A stretch of DNA of 64,000 bases, taken from positions 160,001-224,000 of the forward strand of contig JAVRCV020000008.1 in assembly GCA_034530615.2 (NCBI GenBank). The letters run 5' to 3'. Origin of the DNA: Aulosira sp. ZfuVER01 (GTDB lineage Bacteria > Cyanobacteriota > Cyanobacteriia > Cyanobacteriales > Nostocaceae). How positions within the stretch are numbered: position 1 is the first letter of the stretch; every line of letters begins with the position of its first letter. The position numbers and the translations under genes were made by a program. Below are positions 32,200 through 41,176 of this stretch, in pieces. A model generated the notes under the pieces. The model made no database searches, had not been told where the DNA came from, and saw nothing but the letters and a program-made list of their open reading frames with translations.

Positions 32200-32577
32200 T
32201 CAATTTGCTACTGATTTAATAGCACGTAAGAGTTGTTCCCGAGTATATGGTTTAGTTAGGTAGGCATCAGCACCTTGTTTCATTGCCCATAATCGGTCAA
32301 TTTCCTGATTTTTAGAACTGCAAATTACAATTGGAACTTTTTGCGTGACTGGATGTTTTTTCAGATAACGACATAATTCAAATCCACTCATTCCTGGCAT
32401 AACAACATCAGTCACAATCACATCTGGTTGTTGTAATAAAGCTTTTTCTAAAGCTTCTTTTGCACCATTAGCTCGAATTACGTTGTAGCCACTTTCTGTC
32501 AGGTAATAACTCATTAGTTCCAATTCACTAGGAGAATCTTCGACAATCAGAATTGTGCCAATCAAAGTAAGACTCAC
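32200..32577 (-). CDS. CheY-like single-domain response regulator
   Basis: IVEDS, TDVVMPGMSG, WAMKQGADAYLTKPY. Confidence 0.92.
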   Translation of the reverse strand: MSLTLIGTILIVEDSPSELELMSYYLTESGYNVIRANGAKEALEKALLQQPDVIVTDVVMPGMSGFELCRYLKKHPVTQKVPIVICSSKNQEIDRLWAMKQGADAYLTKPYTREQLLRAIKSVAN

Positions 32578-32632
32578 TACTAAATCTCCTAAAAAATGCT
32601 ATTGATGTTACTAACTATATATTTGTTAAAAA

Positions 32633-33691
32633 TTAACCGATGTGTTTAAACACCATTTTTAGCAAATCTGATTGTGTAAATGGTTTTGTTAAATAGCCAG
32701 AAGATCTGACCATTTTTGCCTTTGCTCTATCGATAAATCCTGTTTTGCCTGTGACCATAATAATAGGTGTATCTCTGAACTGTGAATGCCTTCGCAGTAA
32801 AGAACATAGCTCGTAACCATCTAAATTAGGCATTTCAATGTCTAGTAAAATTAAATCGGGTTTACTCCTGAGTATTTGCATTAAAGCTTTAACTGGATCG
32901 TTAATTAGGACAACAGAAAATGTTTCTTCATCCAAAAAGTGTTTGATAGAATTCAACACAGTTTGGCTATCATCAATACAGGCGATGGTATAAAGCCCCT
33001 TGCTAAAGCGTTTTTGACTAAATGTATAGTTTCTCTCCTCTGTCAGAGCAAAATTAGTGGGTTTAGGTAATTGCTGCACCAGGTTAGTTTGAGATGGCGA
33101 CTGAGTTTGAGTTAAGAGTGGGGAACTTCCAGCCGCAGGAAGCGGTGACTGAATTATTTGCCGATTCCTCAGCTGCTTTTGACAGTGTTCGACTATTAAC
33201 CGTAAATCCAAGCTACAAAATCTTGGTAATCCATCTAAAGTAATTTCTGGATTAAATTCATAGCTTCCTTCTTTTAAGGCTAAGAATGACTCCAGTACTT
33301 CTTTGGCCAATTCATCTATTAAGTTTGCTGCCTGCTTAGAAGTAATATAATCCTGAGCAGCTAACCAGCAGATAGCATGATAATCAGCATTTGATGTTGA
33401 TTGATTTTCATTATTCGTTTCAAACATCAGCCGCATTTGCACCCTAGTAGCGCTATTGAGAGTCGGAATTTTCTGACTCAAGCGCCGCAAGTGACTGTCA
33501 AGTCTTTCAAACACTTTATCTGAATAAGAGGCATAAGTCAGTTTACCGTCCTCTAGATAGATCGACCAAGAAATAGTCTCTGTATATACCCTTAAGCACC
33601 CTGTAGCACGCCGACTGGTGAGTTGTGCCAACAGCGATAACGGATGTAATTTCTGGAACAACTTGTAGCCACTTATAGGAGTTGTGCTCAT
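32633..33691 (-). CDS. PatA-family response regulator (PATAN + REC)
   Basis: N-term TGCLRV..WSIYLEDGKL PATAN; C-term IACIDDS..LDIEMP..GYLTKPF; first gene of taxis cluster. Confidence 0.9.
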   Translation of the reverse strand: MSTTPISGYKLFQKLHPLSLLAQLTSRRATGCLRVYTETISWSIYLEDGKLTYASYSDKVFERLDSHLRRLSQKIPTLNSATRVQMRLMFETNNENQSTSNADYHAICWLAAQDYITSKQAANLIDELAKEVLESFLALKEGSYEFNPEITLDGLPRFCSLDLRLIVEHCQKQLRNRQIIQSPLPAAGSSPLLTQTQSPSQTNLVQQLPKPTNFALTEERNYTFSQKRFSKGLYTIACIDDSQTVLNSIKHFLDEETFSVVLINDPVKALMQILRSKPDLILLDIEMPNLDGYELCSLLRRHSQFRDTPIIMVTGKTGFIDRAKAKMVRSSGYLTKPFTQSDLLKMVFKHIG

Positions 33692-34260
33692 TTTGCTTTT
33701 ACTTCAGCTAAATTAAATACGTGTAAGTTAGACTTGTACAGACGCTCTTAATACAATCCCAATCAAGCTAGTAAATATTCGTGCCCTGTAGCATAACATA
33801 CAAAAATATTCATACTATTTATAGATAAACTTAACCACAGCTTTGTTTTCAGATTATAAAGTCTTAGTCAATTATGAAGTTATTGTCAATTTACTTACTT
33901 ATACTGAGATTATCAGAGATGTCTGGATAATTAATAAATAAAATTTAAAGACTAGATGAAGTCACCTGCTTTTGAGTAGTCTTTATGAAACTTTTTCAAG
34001 TAATAATACTGTTTAGTCAACAATATTAACCTAATATTTTAGGTATTTACCCGTAGGAAAATTAGAACAAAAACTGAGCTTACTGTTTATTCAACAATAA
34101 GTATACTTACTTAAAAGTGATATAAATTACTTTTGTTTTGAGTCTGCTGTTGTTAAAAATATTTGTCTACTGGAATAATAGCGATTTCCTAAATGACCGA
34201 AAATCAATGACGCGCAGAGCCAATGGCTTTAGACTTTGTCATTGCCTAATACCTCAGCTA

Positions 34261-34288
34261 CTAAGCTCAGTGTTAGCCCTGAGCTTAG
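34261..34288. repeat. 10-bp perfect inverted repeat
   Basis: ctaagctcag-tgttagcc-ctgagcttag. Confidence 0.55.
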
Positions 34289-34337
34289 TCTAAGGGTTAA
34301 TTTTTGTAATAGTCAAAGTATCGTACTCACCAATGTA

Positions 34338-34622
34338 CCGTCGAGAACTTAAGTTCAACGGCTAATAGCTCAATTCCACCTAAGTGAACTGAAAATTTGC
34401 AGATTAGTCTACTTCAGTATGACTTTAGCTATTGGTTTGGGAATTAATTCTCAGGCGGGATAAGAACGAAGGGGAGAGTGAAAAGATAAGGGTTATGAAA
34501 AAGCTTCCAGCCCTTGTTATTACCCAAGTTTTTGAGACAGCCACACTATAATGCTGACCGTCATCCCACACAGAAATGAATTCAAAAGCTTATAACCGAA
34601 GCCCAAACCAATGGGACTGAAA
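34338..34622. repeat. Three degenerate ~55-nt REP-like palindromic units in alternating orientation
   Basis: Units 34338-34394 (+), 34404-34458 (-), 34566-34622 (+) share gaa-ttaa-ttc..aatagct..agtc-N-gact layout. Confidence 0.55.
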
Positions 34623-34657
34623 TATAAAGCTAATTAGAGGCAGCAATCACTTAAAAG

Positions 34658-34739
34658 TGCGGATGAAAGGACTTGAACCTTCACTCCTCTCGGAACTAGA
34701 ACCTAAATCTAGCGCGTCTGCCAATTCCGCCACATCCGC
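34658..34739 (-). tRNA. trnL: tRNA-Leu (anticodon UAG), CCA not encoded
   Basis: Minus strand GCGGATGTGGCGGAATTGGCAGACGCGCTAGATTTAGGTTCTAG...GGTTCAAGTCCTTTCATCCGCA, long variable arm. Confidence 0.97.
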
Positions 34740-34878
34740 ATCAGTTTCCTATGATAACACAACAATTTATTTATGCAAATAGTTAGAGAACTTAAAATTT
34801 TGAGAGATTGGTAGATCGAGAAAAAAGGTAAGAACAGACTTTTTACCTTTTTTCTTTTGATCTGTTATGGATTCAGGG

Positions 34879-36072
34879 TTACATAATTGCAACTCTGGGC
34901 AGACGATGCTTAAATCCGCAGAGAATTTCCCATGAAATCGTATTTAATTTTTCTGCCCAATCATCAGCGGAAATTTTTTCTTTGCCCTGTATCCCAAGTA
35001 AGGTGACTACTTCTCCTTCTTGGATATCGGGAATGGTACTCACATCTACCATCAACTGATCCATTGTAATTGTGCCAATCTGTGGCACGCGCTGACCGCG
35101 AATTAACACCTGCATTTTGTTGGAGAGATTGCGCGGGACACCATCAGCATAACCAATACCCACAACAGCGAGGCGTAGTTCACCAGGAGCAATAAATTGA
35201 TGCCCATAGCTGACACCAGTTCCAGGGGCGATTGTTTTTACTTGAGTGACTCGCGCCTTAACTTGTAAAACAGGTTGGAGATTGACTTTATTTTGTAAAT
35301 GAGGAGATGGATAGAGTCCGTAAACTGCTAAACCTACGCGGACAATGTCGTAGTGCAAGGCTGAATCTGCGAGAGTGGCGGCGGAATTCGCTAAGTGCAA
35401 GCAAGGTGGTTCTATACCCATAGCTTTGATTTGAGCGATCGCTTCCTCAAATCGTCTATGCTGTTTTTTCAGTATGGTGGTATCAGGACTATCTGCTGTT
35501 GCCAAGTGGGAATAAATACTAGCAATAGCCAGACGGGGTAAGCGCTGTACTAACTGCAAAAACTCACCTGCTTGCTGCCAGTTAGTTCCTAACCTAGACA
35601 TACCTGTATCTAATTTGATATGTACAGGTAAGGGAGAGCCATAATTCATGGCTTCTAGGGTATCTGAAAACACTAAGGCTTGTTTAGGGCTGCATAGTGT
35701 TGGCTGTAGTTTCCAGTGAGCGATCGCGTGAATTTGTTCTGGTGTGTGGGTTGCTCCTAAAATTAAAATTGGCGCTTTAATTCCGCCTTCTCGCAATTGA
35801 ATGCCTTCTGGAACTGTTGCCACTCCTAACCAACTAGCTCCTGATTCTAATGCTGTTTGAGCTACTGTCACGGCTCCATGTCCATAAGCATCAGCTTTCA
35901 CTACTGCCATGAGTTGGGTACGCGGCGATAACAACCCAACTAACTGCCTTATATTATGGGACAAAGCTGCTAAATCAATTTCTACCCAAGCACGTTGGCA
36001 GAACCAGGCATACGTATCACATTCTTGCTCAGAAGCTACACCAGAAATTTGCTTGCTACTTAACATTTTCAC
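34879..36072 (-). CDS. alr: Alanine racemase (probable start ATG 36066)
   Basis: AVVKADAYGHG PLP-lysine motif, DTGMSRLG, IGYADG, TMDQ. Confidence 0.97.
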   Translation of the reverse strand: MKMLSSKQISGVASEQECDTYAWFCQRAWVEIDLAALSHNIRQLVGLLSPRTQLMAVVKADAYGHGAVTVAQTALESGASWLGVATVPEGIQLREGGIKAPILILGATHTPEQIHAIAHWKLQPTLCSPKQALVFSDTLEAMNYGSPLPVHIKLDTGMSRLGTNWQQAGEFLQLVQRLPRLAIASIYSHLATADSPDTTILKKQHRRFEEAIAQIKAMGIEPPCLHLANSAATLADSALHYDIVRVGLAVYGLYPSPHLQNKVNLQPVLQVKARVTQVKTIAPGTGVSYGHQFIAPGELRLAVVGIGYADGVPRNLSNKMQVLIRGQRVPQIGTITMDQLMVDVSTIPDIQEGEVVTLLGIQGKEKISADDWAEKLNTISWEILCGFKHRLPRVAIM

Positions 36073-36491
36073 TCACTCCTATCACACCAATACTCACTTT
36101 CCAGATGATTTATCTATTCCATTCCCAGAAATAGAATCAGATTAATCTGGAAGTTTACATTTGATTATGAAATTTTCACAAGACGCTACATGGCTGATTT
36201 GTGCTTTATCTTAGTCCATATTCCTGAAAATTTTGTTCTAGCCTACTTTTGGGTTTGAGGGCTTGCAACTCTGTCTTTAAGAATCAGGCTGCCGTCATTT
36301 TTACAACTGAGCAACTTTAGGGGCAAATATCCTCACAAACCTGGCAAATTAAGCCCTGAAGTTAGGGAATAAATTTACCTAACACGGTTATGGGATTCGA
36401 GGATTATGGCGGAAGTATAATTTATTCTCATCTCTCAACTAGAGTAGATTTGTGTTAATATATGTAAAACTAATACCTTGAGCGCTTACCA

Positions 36492-36989
36492 ATGGGGAAG
36501 GTTTTAGTCCTGAACGCCTCTTACGAACCGCTCAACATCACTAGCTGGCGTCGCGCTGCGGTTTTGTTAATAAAAGGCAAGGCAGAACGTGTTGAACACA
36601 ACGGTAAATTCCTCTACTCGGATTTTCCATTGCCAACTGTAATCCGGTTGCGTCATTATGTGCGCGTTCCCTATAAAGAAATTCCTCTGACACGCCGAAA
36701 TATCCTGCACCGCGACGGTCACACTTGTCAATACTGCGGTTACACCGGGGATGAGTTAACGCTAGATCATGTACTCCCGCGATCGCGTGGCGGCGGAGAT
36801 AGTTGGGAAAACATTGTCACTGCTTGTGTGCGTTGTAATGTCAAAAAAGGCAGTCGCACACCCCACGAAGCCCATATGCTTTTACGTCATCCCCCCCGCC
36901 AACCTTACAGCAGCCTTTATTTTGAGGTTAGTAAACACCTCAAGAGTGGATTACACCAAGAGTGGCAAAAGTATGTAATAGGTCTTTGA
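36492..36989 (+). CDS. HNH endonuclease (McrA-like, conserved cyanobacterial type)
   Basis: VLVLNASYEPL, RDGHTCQYCG, TLDHVLPRSRGG, WENIVTACVRCNVKKG. Confidence 0.93.
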   Translation: MGKVLVLNASYEPLNITSWRRAAVLLIKGKAERVEHNGKFLYSDFPLPTVIRLRHYVRVPYKEIPLTRRNILHRDGHTCQYCGYTGDELTLDHVLPRSRGGGDSWENIVTACVRCNVKKGSRTPHEAHMLLRHPPRQPYSSLYFEVSKHLKSGLHQEWQKYVIGL

Positions 36990-37806
36990 AGCTACACATC
37001 TTAATCATCAGAGTTTAAAAGCCGCATCACCCAATCGATGTTCCTGTTTGATATTGTTCAGGAAGTTATCTGAGGTGATAATTACCACTGCATATTGGAT
37101 GAACATGCTTCATCACAGTAAGTGATTGGGCTTTGAAATTCGCTATTTTACAGATTGTGAGAGCATTAGCTCACAGAATAATTAATTGCAGATTTTTAAT
37201 TATACCATTCAATAGAGGAAAAAATCAAGTTTACGTGCTAGATTTGCATAATTGTTAAGGTAGGTAATAAAAGGACATTTTTCGTTAACAATAAAAATAA
37301 TTGTTAATTGCACATTACTCACTAGGATAGAATTATGAACCGCAAACAGTTCCTAGTTAATGATTACCTACGTACTTAGAAAACATTGGTCTAAAAATGA
37401 GAAACATATCTAATTGGCAGGATAATTGTGTAAAGCAAGCAGCATAAAAGCTAGCTTCTACATCCACAAAATTTGTGCCTTTAAAGGTTAGGCATTAGCC
37501 CAGCGATGAGAAAAAACATCCTGTTTATTTCTCTCTAAAAAAGAAAAATAAAGAAGATGAAAAAATTATATTTTCTTGCGGTGTATTGCTAAATACTAAG
37601 TATGCTATTTACCAGAATCTATATAAATACGCTAACGGAATTTGGTAAATGCTAACTATTTTCGCTGATAAAAAATAGACCGAGATATATAGTGCCACGC
37701 TTCTATATTTTTGCGAAGATCGTAATGTGTGGCGAAATCAGTGAAACACTGGTTGTAATATTTCTTAACTAATGAATGGAGCCTCACGCTTACACAAACA
37801 TTCCAT

Positions 37807-39093
37807 ATGCAATTGAATTCTTCTTTGATGCAGTTTGAGAGTTTGTCATTGACCACAGAGCCGAACCAAGAGGATGCTGAAATAGACGCAGTTCCCGTCG
37901 TTGAAGTCCCAATTAGCAAAACCTCCGTACCGCCATCGACCAGTGAAGGAGGTGTTTATCTAGTTCAGCGTGGTAATTCCTTGGTGTCTCAGAAGTCAGA
38001 AGAGCTGCAAAAGACACTTTTAGCACACCGACACGAACGTCAGCTAATAATTCTGCAAGATTTTCCTGACCCTGATGCCCTTTCTTGTGCTTGGACGTAC
38101 CAGTTAATTGCCCAGCAATACGATATCAAATGTGAAATCATCTATGCTGGAACCCTGAGTCACCAGGAGAATATCGCCCTAGTCAAGCTCACCAATTTAC
38201 CTGCCCAACGCTGGACATTGCAAACCCTCAAAGGTAAAGATTTGTCATCTTACCAAGGTTTCGTGTTGATTGATAACCAGGGAACCACAAGTCAGCTACT
38301 GTCAACGGTACAGCAGGCAGGTATTCCTCTAGTTGCAGTCATCGATCATCACAGCGCCCAGGCAGATCTAAAGCCTGAATTCATTGATGTTCGTCCTTAT
38401 GTGCGAGCAACAGCAACGATTTTTACTCAGTACCTCCAAACGGGGTTACTGACATTAGATAGCAGCATTAACCAGCACGTTAAGTGTGCTACTGCCTTGA
38501 TGCATGGCTTGCGATCGGATACAAATAGGCTGATGCAAGCACAAGAAGAAGATTTTATGGCTGCTGCCTATCTCAGCCGATTTTATGATGCCCAACTGCT
38601 GAATGCAATCTTACAGGCCAATCGTTCCAAGCGAGTAATGGATGTGATTGAGCGTGCGCTTAAAAATCGCATCGTTCAAAATAACTTTTCTATTGCTGGT
38701 GTTGGTTACATCCGCTACGATGACCGCGATGCCATCCCCCAAGCAGCAGATTTCTTAGTGACAGAAGAAAACGTTCACACCGCTGTAGTTTACGGTATCG
38801 TTCACGATGAAGATGATGAACTAGAAGTAGTCATTGGCTCCCTACGAACCACCAAACTCACCCTCGATCCTGATGAATTCATCAAGGAAGCCTTTGGACA
38901 AGATAGTAATGGACGCTTTTTTGGTGGAGGACGTACAGGTGCCGGTGGCTTTGAGATTCCGATGGGTTTCTTATCTGGCGGTAACGAAAACTCAGCCTAT
39001 GCAAAAATGAAATGGGAAGTATTCGATACTCAAATCAAGCAAAAGCTTTTGAAGTTGGTTAATCCCAAAGACAACCCGATTCAGTCAGAGTAA
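37807..39093 (+). CDS. DHH family phosphoesterase (NrnA-like)
   Basis: PDPDALS, LIDNQ, VIDHH, GLRSDT, GGGR..AGG. Confidence 0.9.
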   Translation: MQLNSSLMQFESLSLTTEPNQEDAEIDAVPVVEVPISKTSVPPSTSEGGVYLVQRGNSLVSQKSEELQKTLLAHRHERQLIILQDFPDPDALSCAWTYQLIAQQYDIKCEIIYAGTLSHQENIALVKLTNLPAQRWTLQTLKGKDLSSYQGFVLIDNQGTTSQLLSTVQQAGIPLVAVIDHHSAQADLKPEFIDVRPYVRATATIFTQYLQTGLLTLDSSINQHVKCATALMHGLRSDTNRLMQAQEEDFMAAAYLSRFYDAQLLNAILQANRSKRVMDVIERALKNRIVQNNFSIAGVGYIRYDDRDAIPQAADFLVTEENVHTAVVYGIVHDEDDELEVVIGSLRTTKLTLDPDEFIKEAFGQDSNGRFFGGGRTGAGGFEIPMGFLSGGNENSAYAKMKWEVFDTQIKQKLLKLVNPKDNPIQSE

Positions 39094-39121
39094 ACCTTGA
39101 ATTAAACTGTAATCATAACAC

Positions 39122-39150
39122 TGCCCACCAAACCCAGGATATGGTGGGCA
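39122..39150 (+). terminator. Hairpin after DHH gene, left boundary of the AT-rich islet
   Basis: tgcccacca...tggtgggca perfect 9-bp stem. Confidence 0.6.
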
Positions 39151-39169
39151 ATACCTGTATTAATCTAAA

Positions 39170-39517
39170 GTGTATTCTAAAAATAAAATAGGAATATTAT
39201 ATGTCATGAATTTAGGTATTGAATCTAGTAACCAGCAATTAAAGAAAAACCAAGTAGTCTTCCTTGATAAAGCACAAATAGCACTTGATGCTTTACAAAC
39301 TGAAGACCAAGCAAAAGTGATTGATGTCATCAATTGCTTAGAAGAATTTCCTGATTGTTCCCTAGTTAAAACTAATAAACTGAAATCTATTCCCAATTAT
39401 TTCATTGCGCGTTCTGGGAGATATAGAATTATTTTTGAATTTAAACCTGAGCAAATAACTATTGTTGATATAGTTAATCATAACCGCCTTGAAATTTTAT
39501 ATAGCTCATTAACATGA
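39170..39517 (+). CDS. RelE/ParE-fold protein (probable start ATG 39206)
   Basis: VVFLDKAQIALDAL...KLK..YFIARSGRYRIIF..ITIVDIVNH pattern typical of RelE/ParE superfamily. Confidence 0.7.
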   Translation: MYSKNKIGILYVMNLGIESSNQQLKKNQVVFLDKAQIALDALQTEDQAKVIDVINCLEEFPDCSLVKTNKLKSIPNYFIARSGRYRIIFEFKPEQITIVDIVNHNRLEILYSSLT

Positions 39518-40191
39518 AAGGTCTAGATTCTTTTGTTATAGACCTTAAACAATGCCTATTTGAGCTTGAAGAATTTAAAAATTTACTTCTTAACAGTAGC
39601 GAACTAAAAGAAAATCAAGATATACTCCCATTCTTTATACAAAGATTACATTTATCGGCATTTATTGGTTCTTACGTTCCTCAACTCGTGAGATTCAATC
39701 AAATCAAACACGAATTTACATTTTACGGAGACTTTCGTGCTGATTTAGCTGTTGGTGATTCTGTAAATAATACTTATTGTTTCATTGAATTTGAAGATGC
39801 TACTCAAGACAGCATCTTTATAGAGAAAGGAAGAAGTACATCAGATTGGTCACCTAGATTTGAACATGGATTTAGCCAAATCATTGATTGGTTTTGGAAG
39901 ATTGATGATTTTAAAAATACTTCATTAGCTCGCTCTATTTTTGGAAGTGAGAATATAGAATTTTATGGCATCCTTGTGATCGGCAGAGATTATTTCATTT
40001 CTCCTATTGATCAAGCTAGATTAAAATGGCGTTTAAATAAAGTTTTAGTAGACTCACGTAAAGTTATTTGTATAACATTCGATCAATTGGCTAGAGATAT
40101 TAGAGATAGACTTTCACTGTATCCACTGATATATGAAGCTGAATCTCAGGCTGAACAATTTATTTCAACAGATGAAAGCGATCGCTCTTAA
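39514..40191 (+). CDS. Shedu (SduA C-terminal, DUF4263)-like PD-(D/E)XK nuclease, no N-terminal sensor domain
   Basis: E..F..D..AD..IEFEDA..SIF..HGFSQIIDW..LVIGR..ITFDQL order of motifs; ATGA overlap with upstream gene. Confidence 0.75.
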   Translation: MKGLDSFVIDLKQCLFELEEFKNLLLNSSELKENQDILPFFIQRLHLSAFIGSYVPQLVRFNQIKHEFTFYGDFRADLAVGDSVNNTYCFIEFEDATQDSIFIEKGRSTSDWSPRFEHGFSQIIDWFWKIDDFKNTSLARSIFGSENIEFYGILVIGRDYFISPIDQARLKWRLNKVLVDSRKVICITFDQLARDIRDRLSLYPLIYEAESQAEQFISTDESDRS

Positions 40192-40252
40192 GCGTAAGGT
40201 ATGGCAAAATCAGTAGTGTGAGATCTAATTGCCCTAAGTGGGCTGATTTCTA

Positions 40253-40468
40253 ATGACACAGCAAAAGTTTTTATCACTTCCATCTGAAGCACAAAGCCAA
40301 GTAATGGACTTTATTGCTGTTTTGCGACAAAAATATACAGTAGTTGAACCGGCCTTTGAGCCACCAAATGTTGATTTACTAAATCATAGTTTTATTGGAA
40401 TGTGGCGCGATCGCCAAGATTTAACAGATAGTACTGCTTGGGTGCGTAATATTAGAGAAAATGAGTAG
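40253..40468 (+). CDS. DUF2281-like antitoxin, possibly truncated by TAG near its C-terminus
   Basis: LPSEAQSQVMDFIAVLRQKY..FIGMWRDRQDLTDSTAWVRNIRENE*; read-through would give xSKLYD* overlapping the next ATG. Confidence 0.65.
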   Translation: MTQQKFLSLPSEAQSQVMDFIAVLRQKYTVVEPAFEPPNVDLLNHSFIGMWRDRQDLTDSTAWVRNIRENE

Positions 40469-40478
40469 TCAAAGTTAT

Positions 40479-40545
40479 ATGACTAACTCAAAATCAGCGA
40501 GATTACAGGTTTATTCAAGGTTTAAACTTATTGCCATAACCGTAA
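40479..40545 (+). pseudogene. Remnant of a VapC/PIN toxin gene with large internal deletion
   Basis: ATG ACT AAC TCA joined to AAT CAG CGA GAT TAC AGG TTT ATT CAA GGT TTA AAC TTA TTG CCA TAA CCG TAA (NQRDYRFIQGLNLLP*P*), resembling cyanobacterial VapC C-termini. Confidence 0.55.
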
Positions 40546-40569
40546 TGCTGAAAAAGCTTAATACATGCG

Positions 40570-41064
40570 ATGGAACTGTATCTAATTCGTCATGGTATAG
40601 CCCAAGAGAGATCTGCTGAGATCAAAGATGAGGAGCGATCGCTCACCAAAGAAGGAAGACAAAAAACCAAGAAAGTGGCCCAAAGACTAGTTAAACTAGA
40701 CTTAAACTTTGATTTGATTGTCACAAGTCCCCTAGTCCGGGCGCGCCAAACAGCAGAAATCCTCATAGAAGCTGGACTAAGCCCGAAGATGGAGGAATCT
40801 CACTACCTTGCTCCTGATGGTAATATCCAGAGTTGGTTGAAAGATTGGCTAGAACCAAGAAATTATGCCCAAAATACTCAAATTGCGCTGGTGGGACATG
40901 AACCTGATTTGAGCCAGTGGGCAGAAATTCTCCTTTGGGGAGAAATCAAAGCAAGCTTAGTCTTGAAAAAAGCAGGTATGATCGGGATAAAACTACCAGA
41001 AATAGGCTCGCCTCTGGGTCGTAGTCAGATGTATTGGTTGACACCACCCAAGTACTTGCTATAA
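40570..41064 (+). CDS. sixA: Phosphohistidine phosphatase SixA
   Basis: LYLIRHGIA, SPLVRARQTA, LVGHEP; upstream of gltA. Confidence 0.92.
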   Translation: MELYLIRHGIAQERSAEIKDEERSLTKEGRQKTKKVAQRLVKLDLNFDLIVTSPLVRARQTAEILIEAGLSPKMEESHYLAPDGNIQSWLKDWLEPRNYAQNTQIALVGHEPDLSQWAEILLWGEIKASLVLKKAGMIGIKLPEIGSPLGRSQMYWLTPPKYLL

Positions 41065-41176
41065 CGGTTTTCTAACAGTTATGAAAGAACTTAGGTTATA
41101 ACTGTCACTGTTATTGCAATAACGATTTCTGGTAAGTTAGCCTGAGCAAATCTTTCACAAAGCAGATGGTGTTGCC

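Noticed and set aside
34658..34739. Integrative element at tRNA-Leu
   Set aside because: No integrase and no duplicated tRNA 3' end seen in the window
36492..36989. HNH gene as IscB/HEARO-type RNA-guided or mobile nuclease
   Set aside because: Only 165 aa, no RuvC or PLMP motifs, no element ends; matches the conserved cyanobacterial HNH beside alr
4201..40468. TAG reassigned to Trp (TAG at expected Trp positions at 4201 and 40466)
   Set aside because: Several intact core genes here end normally in TAG (csaA 489, DUF4090 23287, ndhA 43873); two G-to-A changes in non-essential genes explain it
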